This document shows positions 1 to 12,277 of a DNA stretch of 64,000 nucleotides, piece by piece. The stretch comes from Nitrospirota bacterium. GTDB lineage: Bacteria > Nitrospirota > UBA9217. Both the position numbers and the translations under genes were made by a program. A model generated the notes under the pieces. The model ran no database searches and was not told the origin of the DNA. It worked only from the letters and a program-made list of their open reading frames with translations. Position 1 is the first letter of the stretch; every line of letters starts with the position of its first letter. Location of the stretch: contig CAWCKW010000013.1 of the NCBI GenBank assembly GCA_963796285.1, positions 416,001 through 480,000 on the forward strand. The letters run 5' to 3'.

Positions 1-2395
<2,395 letters not shown>

Positions 2396-2463
2396 GGCCG
2401 GTTTTCCGTAAAAGCATCCTGATTGAACCATTCGAGGACAAGTTTCCGTCGAGAAGAACGATA

Positions 2464-2495
2464 GGCCCCGCTTCACAGCGGGGCCTTCCCATTTT
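2464..2495 (+). terminator. Probable intrinsic terminator hairpin
   Basis: ggccccgct-tcac-agcggggcc (9-bp stem) followed by ttcccatttt, downstream of metB. Confidence 0.6.
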
Positions 2496-2577
2496 CACCT
2501 CCTGACAAGTTCGATTATCTGAACGGGCATGGTATCCAAAACAGACAAGATCTCGGCACACGCATTCCGATACAAAC

Positions 2578-2606
2578 TTGATTAAATTTCCCTGCGGGGG
2601 TATATT
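2578..2606 (+). promoter_or_regulatory. Putative sigma70 promoter
   Basis: TTGATT-N17-TATATT, 23 nt upstream of the ATG at 2630. Confidence 0.5.
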
Positions 2607-2629
2607 GTCCGCCACACACGCTGATTTCT

Positions 2630-4211
2630 ATGAACAATCATCTCAAGCATAAACCCTTCGACATCAAACCGACAAACCCCGGCGTCATCCCCCCCTGCCC
2701 GGTTGCCCCGAACGCGCTCATCGGCATTCCACGTCAGCAGACCAACCCCTCGTGCTGGGAGGGCGAAGGATGGCAGTCCTTTGTCTCCGACCTCGCGGCC
2801 AGGGGGATCGTCATCGACGAGCTGAGGTCCGCGCGCACACTGTACGTTACTGACGCGGGAGGTATGGCCTATGGCCTTCCGCGCGGAGTGCTGATCGCGC
2901 GCACGACCGGGATGGTGGCCGAGGTCATGGCTGCTGCGCAGAGGCATCGTGTCCCGGTGACCGTGCGCGGGGGCGGGCTCACGACCGAGGGAGAGACTGT
3001 CTCGTTCGGCGGACTGCAGCTGGACATGCGCGGCATGAGCCGGGTAATGGCGATCGACAAAGACCAGATGACGGTGCGCTGCGAAGCAGGGATCTACTGG
3101 CACTCTTTGGCGGAAGCCCTCAGGCGGCACGGACTGGATTACCTCTCGGCCCCCCTGAACATGACCGCCTCGGTCGGCGGCACGCTCGGCGTGGGCGGCA
3201 TCGACATCAACTCCCCGCGCCTTGGCTGCAGCGCGGACCAGGCCTTGGCGATCAAGATCGTCACGCCCACCGGCGAGGTCCTGGAATGTTCCGAGAAGGA
3301 GAACACCTGGTGGTTCAATCGCGTGCTGCTTGGCTACGGCCAGTTCGGAATTATTACCGAGGCCACGCTCCGCATCAGGCCCTTTACCCCGCTCTCGATG
3401 CGCTATTTCTATTACGGCGACCTGCTCACGGCCATGGAAGACCTGGTCATGCTGTGCGACGAGGATGCCGCGGACTACACCGGCATCCTGACCATGCTCG
3501 ACCGGGCAGTGAATCTGCTCGTGGCCTTTGATTCCGAAGAGCGGGAAAAGGCATTCTTCAAAAAATGGCGTTCGCGCCTCAGGGGATTCGGCGAACTGGG
3601 CTTCGCCGTCCGCACGGGCATGCATTACGCGCTCAGGCCCTGGAAGTTCCGGGAAGCGCTCTACCTTCTGGACCGGAAGCGCACCCTGCTGCCGGAGCTC
3701 CAGCCGTCCCATCATATGCAGAGCGGAAAGATCGTGGACCGGACGGTGGTATTCTCTCAGGCGGTCTGGAAATTCTGGGGCGGAAGACAGATGGTGATAC
3801 CGGACCTGGCAACGAGCCGTGAAAAATTCTTCGAAGCCATCCTGCGCGGCAACGAGGTGTGTAAAAAGTACTTTCCGCACTATACGCTCTACTGCGTCGG
3901 CATCAAGCTCATCGGGCCGCGCGAGCGCTACGAGCTCTCGTGCATCCCGCCTGACGCCGAGGGCATTGCCTACGGGTGCGAGTTCGAGCCCATGCTGGAA
4001 GGCAAGACCTACAGCCGCGATCATCTCCAGTCTTTCAAGAACGAGATCTACGACATCGGCGTGGACATGGGCACCAGCTATTACCGCTTCGGCGGCATGA
4101 TGAAAGGCTATATCCGCCGCGTCTTCGGTGACGGGCTCGTTGACAAACATCTGGCAATGAAGCGGGACAGTCGATCCTGCCATGATACTGAATCGGGACG
4201 TGATCTTTTGA
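2630..4211 (+). CDS. FAD-binding oxidoreductase, VAO/PCMH family; single-base frameshift near the C-terminus
   Basis: P..V.....T, RGGGLTTEGE, LDMRGMSRV, EAGIYW, SVGGTLGVGG and GYGQFGIITEATL. Removing one G at 4164-4166 gives the canonical end KRTVDPAMILNRDVIF* (stop 4209-4211). Confidence 0.85.
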
Positions 4212-4278
4212 TGAACCAAGAAAGACTTAAACCACAGAGGCCGCAGAGAAAAGCGGTAATGAATGACAATGAATATTG

Positions 4279-4336
4279 ACCCCTCACCCCAGCCCTCTCC
4301 CCGCAGCGGGTTTTACGAGAGATTAAGGTGAGGGGT
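4279..4336. repeat. Degenerate palindromic intergenic repeat (ccctcaccccagccctctccc...ggtgagggg type)
   Basis: cccctcacc pairs with ggtgagggg; recurrent intergenic hairpin type. Confidence 0.55.
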
Positions 4337-4397
4337 GGTTGCGTGTCAACTCACGAATATGACTCAAATCTAAGATGATAAGCTGTATCGGTTATTC

Positions 4398-5382
4398 ATG
4401 AAAAAGAAGACTCCTTACCACCAGCCGCAACCAGGCGCCACCGACCCTTCGCAGTGCAATGGCTGCGGCGTGTGCATGCTCTCCTGCCCGGTCTGGAACC
4501 AGCACCATACGAAGATGCTGACCTATTGCGGCCGGAACCGCGCCTTGATCGGCGGGGCAACGGAGGCAGACCTCGCTGCATCGGCCCGGGCATGCATCCT
4601 CTGCGGGTCCTGCGAGCCCCTCTGTCCCATGGGCATCCGCACGCAGCAGACCACGATCGCCTTGCGCCGGAGCCTTGCGGCACGCGGGCTCCTTCCGAAA
4701 CCAGATACTCGATCCGGCAAACAACGGTCCGAAACACCCGGAACGCCCCGGATCCTGCTGCCGGGAAAAAACTCAGGGAGGATGCGAAACTTGCCTCGTC
4801 CGTGCTCAAGCTTCTCGGACAACGTGTCGGCCTACTCTCCGACGATGGATACGACATTGCACTTGCGATCGAAGCAGGCCAGGCGATCGACGATGCCCGC
4901 ATCGAGGCATTCATATTACCCCTGATGAAAGCGACCGAGATCATCGTTGCTGACGGGCTTCTGTTCAACCTCCTGCGTTCCCTTCTTCCGCCATCGATCA
5001 CGGTCCTTCCCCTGGGACAGGCGTTGCTCGCGAATCCGAAGGTGCGGGCTGGCCTGAACGCTTCCGACTTTTACATGATCGAAACGCGGGCCTATAATGC
5101 CAATCGCCGGAACCTATATTGCATTCTATGACGAAGTGCGGCGCGAGACCGGCTGCTTCATGAACCTTGACCTTCAGCGTGTGGCAACACCCACGGGCGC
5201 GGCGAGCTATCAGCATCGGGAAGGACTGGAAAGCATAATCTCTATCGAAGCGCAGGTGAAGATGGCTGCTGGAAGGCCGGAATGCAGAACGCATCGTGGT
5301 AGAGCATCTTGATGACAGGGACGCCTTTGCCCAGTACACAAAGATCCCGGTCGTTCATCTGGCCGAGGTTGTGAAAACATGA
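4398..5382 (+). CDS. (Fe-S)-binding protein with a 2x[4Fe-4S] domain (GlpC/HdrD-like architecture); three frameshifts
   Basis: CNGCGVCMLSCP and CILCGSCEPLCP. Frames join at ~4768 (A-run), ~5110 and ~5259 and end ...IPVVHLAEVVKT*, with an ATGA overlap into the next gene. Confidence 0.75.
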
Positions 5383-6596
5383 CGAAACCGCGTACCACAG
5401 ACGTCATCATCGTCGGCGCAAGCCTCTCTGCCGCGGCTGCCGCAAAACGGCTTGTTGACGCGGGATACGAGACCATCGCCCTCGAGCGTTTCAGCCTGCC
5501 GCGCACGAAACCCTGCAGCGGCATCATCTCGCCGCGCGGCCACCGATTTCTGATCGAGAACTTCGGCCCCCTGCCGAAGGAAGTGCTGCATGAGCCCACG
5601 GCCTGCCGCGGAGTGACCTTTTACTTTCCCGGCGGCGTTGAACTGCCCATGGAGTTCGACGGCGGCACGACCCCGCACCTGAACCGCACCTATTCCGATT
5701 ATTGGGCGATCCAACGGAGCGGCGCCACGGTCCATGACAATATGCGCTTTCTGTCAGCTACAGATGAGGGGACGCATATCGATGTCGTCGCAAGCAACGG
5801 ACAGGAGGAATCGCACTACCGCGCGCGCTATGTGATCGGGGCCGACGGACCGAACTCCAGGGTGGTCACCACCCTGTATCCGGAATATCGCGAAAAGATC
5901 AAATGGTTCACGGTCAAGCAGCATCTGCACGAGATCATCGACTGCCCGCTGGACCCGGAATTCTTCCACTACTGGTTCCATCCCGAGCTCGGCTACTATA
6001 CCTGGAGCCATCTGCGGAACGGAAGACAGATCGTCGGTGTCGGCTACGAGGCGGATGATGATTTCGCGGTGCGCCACGACAAGGCCCTGCGTTATCTGGA
6101 GGAGCGGCACGGGGTGCGGCTGGGGCCGTGCGTCTCGCGTGAAGCGAGCGTGAACAACTTCGGGCTCTCGCTCATCAACCGCTACGTCTTCGGCCGCGGG
6201 AACATCATCGTGACCGGCCAGGCAGCAGGGTTCCTGAACATGATCGCCGAGGGCATGTCCGCAGCGCTCCATTCCGGGGCGATCGCGGGGGAGGCAACGG
6301 TGGATGCCTTCAGGCTGAACAAGCCCATCCAGGACATCTACCGGACGATGATCCAGAGCGAAGTGCGGCGCTGCTCGGACCAGTGGAACATCCTGAAGAT
6401 CCTCTTTGGCCGGCCGCACGAGGCCGACTTCATGGGCACGCTTGCCAAACGCGGTATGCGCGACAAGCTCATCGTGCTGAAGGACACGGCGAAGTTCCTC
6501 GCGCCCTGGGGAAAGTATAATTGGGGACGTCAGATGCTCTGGCAGGCGATCACGCGGCAGATAACGGGCGGATACAATCCCCGCCGATGGCTGTGA
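5379..6596 (+). CDS. Geranylgeranyl reductase-family NAD(P)/FAD-dependent oxidoreductase
   Basis: DVIIVGAS..AAA, LERFSLPRTKPCSG, VIGADGPNSRV and GQAAGFLNMIAEGMSAALHSG. Confidence 0.85.
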   Translation: MTKPRTTDVIIVGASLSAAAAAKRLVDAGYETIALERFSLPRTKPCSGIISPRGHRFLIENFGPLPKEVLHEPTACRGVTFYFPGGVELPMEFDGGTTPHLNRTYSDYWAIQRSGATVHDNMRFLSATDEGTHIDVVASNGQEESHYRARYVIGADGPNSRVVTTLYPEYREKIKWFTVKQHLHEIIDCPLDPEFFHYWFHPELGYYTWSHLRNGRQIVGVGYEADDDFAVRHDKALRYLEERHGVRLGPCVSREASVNNFGLSLINRYVFGRGNIIVTGQAAGFLNMIAEGMSAALHSGAIAGEATVDAFRLNKPIQDIYRTMIQSEVRRCSDQWNILKILFGRPHEADFMGTLAKRGMRDKLIVLKDTAKFLAPWGKYNWGRQMLWQAITRQITGGYNPRRWL

Positions 6597-6688
6597 GAAC
6601 GATGAGCTAAGGTGCGCGGGGCGACCAGGACGGGACTGAAAAAAGATAAACGGCTAATCCCGCGTCCCTCTTGAGCGATCAGTTATGT
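6594..6688 (-). mobile_element. Integron attC site (95 bp)
   Basis: Minus strand reads ACATAAC-TGATC-GCTCAAGAGGGACGCGGG...CCCGCGCACCTTAGC-TCATC-GTTCTCA. R'' overlaps the upstream gene's TAA. Three unpaired bases (G,T,T on the bottom strand), as in VCR-type attC. Confidence 0.8.
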
Positions 6689-7111
6689 GCCCTTCTTCGT
6701 AATTTTCTCTTTCATCTTTGAATTGAACTTATCTTTATTGATTATAAACCGCTCATGTCTTCCTTTTGAGATTAGATCTATGCCGTCATGTGCTTCGACT
6801 TCAAATAATAACCGTCGGCCATCAACCTCGATGAGTTTTAATTTTGCCGTCACTTCAAAGCCTGCCGGGGTTGCCGCAGTATGACTTACGTCAATATGAG
6901 TGCCGACAGTTTGTTCGCTCGGCCAATCTAGATGCGGATTTATTGCCTTTATACAAGCCCACTCAAGAAAACCTACCAAGAACCCCGTTGCAAATACTTC
7001 CGGCATCTCCTGAAATTCTGCCGACTCCGGATAGAGTGCCGGGACCATCTTTGATTCTGGAATGTAAAATTTAAACTCCGATTCAATTCCGGGTTTCAAG
7101 GTGTCTTTCAT
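6683..7111 (-). CDS. Hotdog-fold thioesterase, fluoroacetyl-CoA thioesterase (FlK)-like
   Basis: VFATGFLVGFLEWAC, TVGTHIDVSHTAATP (Thr/Glu/His triad) and GRHERFII. Confidence 0.85.
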   Translation of the reverse strand: MKDTLKPGIESEFKFYIPESKMVPALYPESAEFQEMPEVFATGFLVGFLEWACIKAINPHLDWPSEQTVGTHIDVSHTAATPAGFEVTAKLKLIEVDGRRLLFEVEAHDGIDLISKGRHERFIINKDKFNSKMKEKITKKGT

Positions 7112-7452
7112 ATTATCTCCTTTTTCACCGTGTATCTAGTTGGCTCCGCGAAAAAAGTAATATCAGCGTAACCACTGTATGCTTTCCCGGAATGTCTTGT
7201 GCCCTCAGGGATATAATATCTGTCACCTTTAGTGTACGCGTGATTCTTCTCTCCAATAACTAAATCAATTTTCCCTTCGAGGACGAAACCAACTTGAGCG
7301 GCATGCGAACGTTCTGGTAAGTCTACGTCCTCTGAAAATTGCATGAATAGCATTTGGTGACTATCTGATTTGGAAAGATACGCTTTGATTCCTCTCATAG
7401 GGATATTGGCCACTGGAAGGCTTCTGATAGGTTCGGGAAATATCGCGTTAAT
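7108..7452 (-). CDS. Cupin domain protein (possible ATT start at 7452; GTG start at 7413)
   Basis: PERSHAAQVGFVLEG and GDRYYIPEGTRH; the open frame extends to INAIFPEPIRSLP; ATGA-coupled to the thioesterase. Confidence 0.75.
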   Translation of the reverse strand: MNAIFPEPIRSLPVANIPMRGIKAYLSKSDSHQMLFMQFSEDVDLPERSHAAQVGFVLEGKIDLVIGEKNHAYTKGDRYYIPEGTRHSGKAYSGYADITFFAEPTRYTVKKEII

Positions 7453-7472
7453 GATGGCCTTCTTACCCTCCT

Positions 7473-7533
7473 ATATAATGGGGCGGTAAGTCGCTGCCTC
7501 GTAGGGGTGTCAATCTTCACTGCCTGGTTGTCT
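7473..7533 (-). mobile_element. Degenerate attC site (61 bp) marking the 5' boundary of the cassette
   Basis: Minus strand reads AGACAAC-CAGGC-AGTGAAG...CTTACC-GCCCC-ATTATAT; same 5-nt spacers, but GTT has become ATT. Confidence 0.5.
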
Positions 7534-7723
7534 CTGCGTTTTTTGCGGAGAAGGCAGTTCAGCGACTTACCGCCGCATTCTCTCCGCAATTTCGAAGCGC
7601 GGAGAGAACCCGTTATTATCTAAACGGACGCCCACTGACTTATTAAGACAATTTAATAAAAATAGAATTATGCCAACATAGTAATTGGCGGACGAATTCT
7701 GGTAAGCCTCTTCGCGGAATTAA

Positions 7724-8182
7724 CTACACCGCAACCTTGACCACTATCTTCATGACTGACACTGACGTATTGCTGGCCAGTTTGGGTGCATGCCCGTCTT
7801 CCGGCCAGAGCACTGCCAATTGACCTGCCTGCAAATGCACGGGCGTCCAGATTCCTTTTGCCACGGTGCCAAAACAGATGTCCTTTTTCGCGTCATAGGC
7901 TTCGGTGACCGTCATTCGCGCAGCCGACGCCCAGCCGATGACCTCCTCGCCGGACACGATGAACTGTACGTCAATATACTTCCGGTGGAATTCGAACTTC
8001 GGTGCGTCGGTCATCATGGTCTCATACCGCTGGACCAGGGCAAACACCCGGTCCCCGTCGATCTCGACCCTGCCGTCAGGCAGTTGGTGAATGCCGGGTG
8101 AACGCAAAAAAGCAAAGGCCTTCTGCAGGCCGGGAGAGCATGCGATCTGCTTATCAGAGTGTTCGAGGTCCGTGACTACCAT
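7724..8182 (-). CDS. YhcH/YjgK/YiaL (NanQ/TabA-like) family protein
   Basis: EFHRKYIDVQ, GEEVIG, YDAKKDICF, LWPEDGHAP and KIVVKV. Confidence 0.9.
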   Translation of the reverse strand: MVVTDLEHSDKQIACSPGLQKAFAFLRSPGIHQLPDGRVEIDGDRVFALVQRYETMMTDAPKFEFHRKYIDVQFIVSGEEVIGWASAARMTVTEAYDAKKDICFGTVAKGIWTPVHLQAGQLAVLWPEDGHAPKLASNTSVSVMKIVVKVAV

Positions 8183-8398
8183 GCTGAACTCCTAACAAGA
8201 GAGAACTTAAAAAAGACAAGTCAAAGAAGCTGACTTTTCCCGTCCACGTTGAAATAAATTCTACACGTTCGTAAGTGCGACGGAAGGGTTTTACATATGG
8301 CGGGACGCAAGGGCATTCAAAGCAATGAGCGGATCGCAGGCTACCAGCGCACACTGAACGGGATTGCTGGCGAGGTTGGCTCCAACCCCTGCGGTTGC

Positions 8399-8953
8399 TC
8401 ATTTCTTCTTAACAGGCGCTTTATCTTCCCTGCGCAAAATTAGGCCGATGTATTTGTTGATCGGGTTAGAACGGTCGAGGAACGGCACGACGGCTTTTTT
8501 CCTCATGCCTAGTGCGCGTAATTCATTCAGAATATCGCGGTGGCCACTGTTATATTTCAGTCCTTTTTTAAAGGCGTCCAGCGCGTCATCTTTTTTCCCC
8601 GCCGCAACGTAAGCCCTGCCGAGATTGAGATAAAATCCCGGGTAGAGCATCTCCTCACCGAACGACGACTCCCGTTGTATCAGGACCAGGGCCTTCTTGC
8701 ATTTTTCAACACCGGCTCGGTACTTTCTGTCCACCAAGGCCTGAAGACAACCGTAATAGGAGAGGATAAAAGGGTCGTCGGGATACTGCAGAGCGGCCTG
8801 CTGCAGTAGACCGAAAGCCTCCTTCTGATTCCCCTGCCGGAGACTGACCTTTACTGCCCGCAGATAATCACCTGGCTTTACGATTTCAGGAGATGCGTTC
8901 ATCACGGGGTCGCTTGCGTTCACTGATTTTTTTGTATCGTCCTGTTCACTCAT
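8399..8953 (-). CDS. Tetratricopeptide repeat protein
   Basis: YLNLGRAYVAAGKKDDALDAFKKGL TPR helices; C-terminal PFLDRSNPINKYIG. Confidence 0.8.
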   Translation of the reverse strand: MSEQDDTKKSVNASDPVMNASPEIVKPGDYLRAVKVSLRQGNQKEAFGLLQQAALQYPDDPFILSYYGCLQALVDRKYRAGVEKCKKALVLIQRESSFGEEMLYPGFYLNLGRAYVAAGKKDDALDAFKKGLKYNSGHRDILNELRALGMRKKAVVPFLDRSNPINKYIGLILRREDKAPVKKK

Positions 8954-9212
8954 GCATATATTTTATCATACTTTCGTACGAAGACAAGAAGAGAAAGCGG
9001 GAATTTCAACGAGGACGAATAGTTCTGGTTCGATACAGTATTTGTTTGGATGCAGGAACAATAGGACATGTTTAGCGGTATCCGGCTGAACAATCCGATC
9101 GTGGAGGTCGTTGCTGTGTGCGATGTCTATGATGCCCCTGTCCTGTCCAGGCGTTTCATAAAAAAGGTCTAGAGCTTGTCTATACGTCTCCACATATTCC
9201 TTGAAGAAGATC

Positions 9213-9965
9213 TCAAATCTTTCCAACAGGCGCCAGGTAGAGGGTGAACTCATTTTCACCATCAATGCCCAGAAGGTCGTCCATCAACTGCTGGTGATAG
9301 GCGGCGACAGCGCAGGTCCCCGCATTGATGGCAGCGCAGGCCAGGTAGAGGTTCTGACACACGTGTCCCGCGTCAAGCGCGATGACCTTGTGGGCCGCGA
9401 TACCGTAGCGCCATTCCATGCGATAGGGTATCGTTGTCCAGATGAAGGTCATCGGGGCCTTGCTCACAAAGGACTGGTTCAGGGCTGCCGCCGTGAGCTT
9501 CTTCGCCAGACCCGGCGCCCTCGACACGACGAGCAGCTGGTGTTCCACCGGCAGATAGCGGTAGATCCCCGGTTCCAGTCCCGCGACATGCAGCACGCAG
9601 AGATAAGTCTCGAGCGAATGACGGCAGCCGGCGGAAGGGACGGTCCGCTGAGCGGTTGCCTCGTTCGCTTGCTTGCGGATCCCCTGCGTGGCCCAGAGCA
9701 GGAACGATACTTCGTCCAGAGACAGCGGATCACCGGTGAACTGACGATGACTGCTGCGGTTCCGTATGGCGGAAATCAGGTCGATGGTCGAAATGCCCCG
9801 CCACTTCCCGATCGGGACCAGATCGATGCGTTCGCCATCCGCTGCATAGGGCTTTTCGATTGGAGGCGGGGCCACACCCCTGCTTTGATCTGTCTGGCTG
9901 AAATCGATGGTCAGCCGTACCGTGTCCTTTAAAAAATACCGGTATTGGTCCAGCAAGGTCGGCAT
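9213..9965 (-). CDS. SagB/ThcOx-family nitroreductase
   Basis: AIRNRSSHRQF, LLWATQG, RTVPSAGCRH, WRYG and LDAGHVCQNLYL. Confidence 0.9.
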   Translation of the reverse strand: MPTLLDQYRYFLKDTVRLTIDFSQTDQSRGVAPPPIEKPYAADGERIDLVPIGKWRGISTIDLISAIRNRSSHRQFTGDPLSLDEVSFLLWATQGIRKQANEATAQRTVPSAGCRHSLETYLCVLHVAGLEPGIYRYLPVEHQLLVVSRAPGLAKKLTAAALNQSFVSKAPMTFIWTTIPYRMEWRYGIAAHKVIALDAGHVCQNLYLACAAINAGTCAVAAYHQQLMDDLLGIDGENEFTLYLAPVGKI

Positions 9966-10204
9966 AGGAGTTTCCCTTTCTGCAATGTGGGAATAGAGAG
10001 CACAGAGAAGCGAACGAAGTTGTTGCGCCGCTGTTTCCTTGACTCAGAAATTTTCATTATGCATCATGCATCGCTCGTCGTATCGTTGATAACAGGCAGT
10101 GTGCCGGTTTACAATAGGGATGTTTCTACGTAAAACACTATTGACCTTCCCCGGAGATATTCCCGATCAAGTCTTCGAAAATGACATGCTTTCAGAAATT
10201 ACGA

Positions 10205-10588
10205 TTATTTATGCCAATATGCCTTTTCAAGGGCATCCTGCACCGCATTCATAATGACCCTGCTGCTGTTGGTTGCGCCGGTGACCGCATCGACGTTAGC
10301 TGACTGTTTTTCGATGATCCTGAGAGGAATGATCGGCTCGGCTTTTTTGCCGACCCATGACGCCCAGTGGCGGATGAGAACAACATCGGCAATCGTACCT
10401 TCTTTGACCGTTACCTTTACCCGGGCGCTGTTCGGCCAGCTGCTGTAACTGCCTTCGTAGACACCATCCTCAAGCCGTTCCGCCGTAATAGGCCCTCCGA
10501 TGAGGGGAGCTTTCGTACAGTCAGTGAACACTACGCTCATGATGATGAGACTCAGTATAGTCGCCGGCAATTTCCCGGGAGTGTTCAT
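10205..10588 (-). CDS. Extracytosolic FMN-binding (flavinylated) protein, probable lipoprotein
   Basis: DGVYEG, flavinylation motif VDAVTGATNSS, and a hydrophobic N-terminus followed by Cys. Confidence 0.85.
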   Translation of the reverse strand: MNTPGKLPATILSLIIMSVVFTDCTKAPLIGGPITAERLEDGVYEGSYSSWPNSARVKVTVKEGTIADVVLIRHWASWVGKKAEPIIPLRIIEKQSANVDAVTGATNSSRVIMNAVQDALEKAYWHK

Positions 10589-10876
10589 ACGCGGGTCCTT
10601 TATCAGCGCTCAGGCAACCGGCGCCATCTACTAGGCATAAATGATGTTCCCTTCAAGTATACACCAGGACAAGCGTGACGTGAGACCCACATGTGCCTGT
10701 TTCGAAGCAGGTACGAGGCAAACTCATGATCATCCGGCAGAACGGGCTGATTTTATTGTGTTACACAAGCAGACAGAAGGTTGGTTGGAACAATGATACG
10801 ATAGAGGCAATGTGCAGGATTGCGCTACGATGTCTTCGGTTGCATCCACGAGAATGGTCGGCGGAAGATCCGGTTC

Positions 10877-11908
10877 TTACAGCGTTGCGATCGGGCGGGA
10901 GCAGCCGATCGCGCAGGTGTGCTTCTGCTTCTTCGTCGCCATGAGCGCCCGGTCCGCGGACAGGACCAGGTCCGGGGTGTTTTTCCCGTCATGGGGGTAC
11001 GCGGCAATCCCGATCGAGACCGACAGCATATGTCCCGTGCCGGAGATCGCGGTAAAGCCCTCTTCGATCTCCTGCTTGATCCGGTTGGCGAACATATTGT
11101 ATGCCTTATCAAGTTTGGTCTCGGGCAGGATGATCGCGATCTCGTCGCCGCCATATCGTGCAGCAATATCGATGCTGCGGATGGCCTTTCTGATCGCTTC
11201 GCCGAGCGCGGACAGGGCATGGTCGCCGGCCTGGTGGCCGTAGGTGTCGTTGTACTTCTTGAAGTCGTTCACATCCACGAGGGCGAGCGAGAACTCCCTC
11301 TCATGCCGCTCCGCCCGCTGAAGCTCCCGGCTCATGAGGTCTTCAAAGCAGCGGCGGTTGAACAGACCGGTGATGCTGTCGGTGATGGCCTGCAGTCTGA
11401 TCGTTGAATGGGCCTGCGCATTGTGGATAGCGATCGACGCGAACGAGGCGAGGATCTCGAGGTTCTGGAGGTCTTCGGACGCGAAATTCCTTGGCGCAAA
11501 GTCATTGACATAGAGAATACCGACGACCTCGCCGGAATAGTTGAGCGGCATGCAAATAAGGGACTTGATGCCTTCCTGGATCGCGACGGGGCTGGTGAAG
11601 AAGTCCTTGTTCGCGGTGCCATTGATGACGGTTGCTGCCCGTGATTTGATGATCCGGTCCGTGAACCCACCCTGCCTCACCTGCCATTCGCGGCTGGCAA
11701 TGAATCTCCGGGTGAACCCCCGGTGCGCATGGATGCGCATGGTCTCGGTATCCGATGAGTAGAGAGCGATGCTGCCGGCACGGGTCTTGGTGATCTCCAT
11801 AGCCTTTTCAAGTATGATGGAAAGCACATTGTCGATGTCCAGGTGAGACACCACGGCTTTGGCAGTCTCCATGATATCGAGCATTCCTATGTTATTCTTC
11901 AAAGGCAC
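10877..11908 (-). CDS. GAF-sensor diguanylate cyclase
   Basis: GAF domain followed by TDSITGLFNRR, FKKYNDTYGHQAGD, RSID (I-site) and ARYGGDEI. Confidence 0.9.
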   Translation of the reverse strand: MPLKNNIGMLDIMETAKAVVSHLDIDNVLSIILEKAMEITKTRAGSIALYSSDTETMRIHAHRGFTRRFIASREWQVRQGGFTDRIIKSRAATVINGTANKDFFTSPVAIQEGIKSLICMPLNYSGEVVGILYVNDFAPRNFASEDLQNLEILASFASIAIHNAQAHSTIRLQAITDSITGLFNRRCFEDLMSRELQRAERHEREFSLALVDVNDFKKYNDTYGHQAGDHALSALGEAIRKAIRSIDIAARYGGDEIAIILPETKLDKAYNMFANRIKQEIEEGFTAISGTGHMLSVSIGIAAYPHDGKNTPDLVLSADRALMATKKQKHTCAIGCSRPIATL

Positions 11909-12277
11909 AGTGATCGTTCCTCCGCATATCGCCGCTTATACTGGACATTGGCCAGGGAACAGGATTGCCGCCGTTCCATTGTTCTTGTTATAGCATATTC
12001 TTTTTTATATTTAGGTCAATCACCCAGGGCGGGTATTTTAAGGGTATGTGTCAATAATACAGCGGCAACATATGAAGGACAAACTATGTAGTAACAACAA
12101 TGAAAATACAGATTTTTTCCTCGTCATGCAATGGATTCTCTTGACGTGAAGTTGCTGCTTTCATGAAAATATAACAACTATTTCATTGATCTTAGAGCAA
12201 GAGAGAATCTAGGCGCGGCGGGGTCACACTTCCGTGCCAGGAGGAATCGTAAAATGCGAACTAGATATGATGATGCG

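Noticed and set aside
8296-8345. GGGACGCAAGG resembling a c-di-GMP-I riboswitch core
   Set aside because: The preceding GGCAAA..GAAA stem and the second stem are missing, and it is oriented opposite to the neighbouring genes.
8966-9210. 99-aa minus ORF downstream of the nitroreductase
   Set aside because: Its start lies inside the nitroreductase gene and it has no motif; at most a gene relic.
9213-9965. SagB-like gene as part of a RiPP cluster
   Set aside because: No YcaO, precursor peptide or transporter is nearby; stand-alone SagB-type nitroreductases are common.
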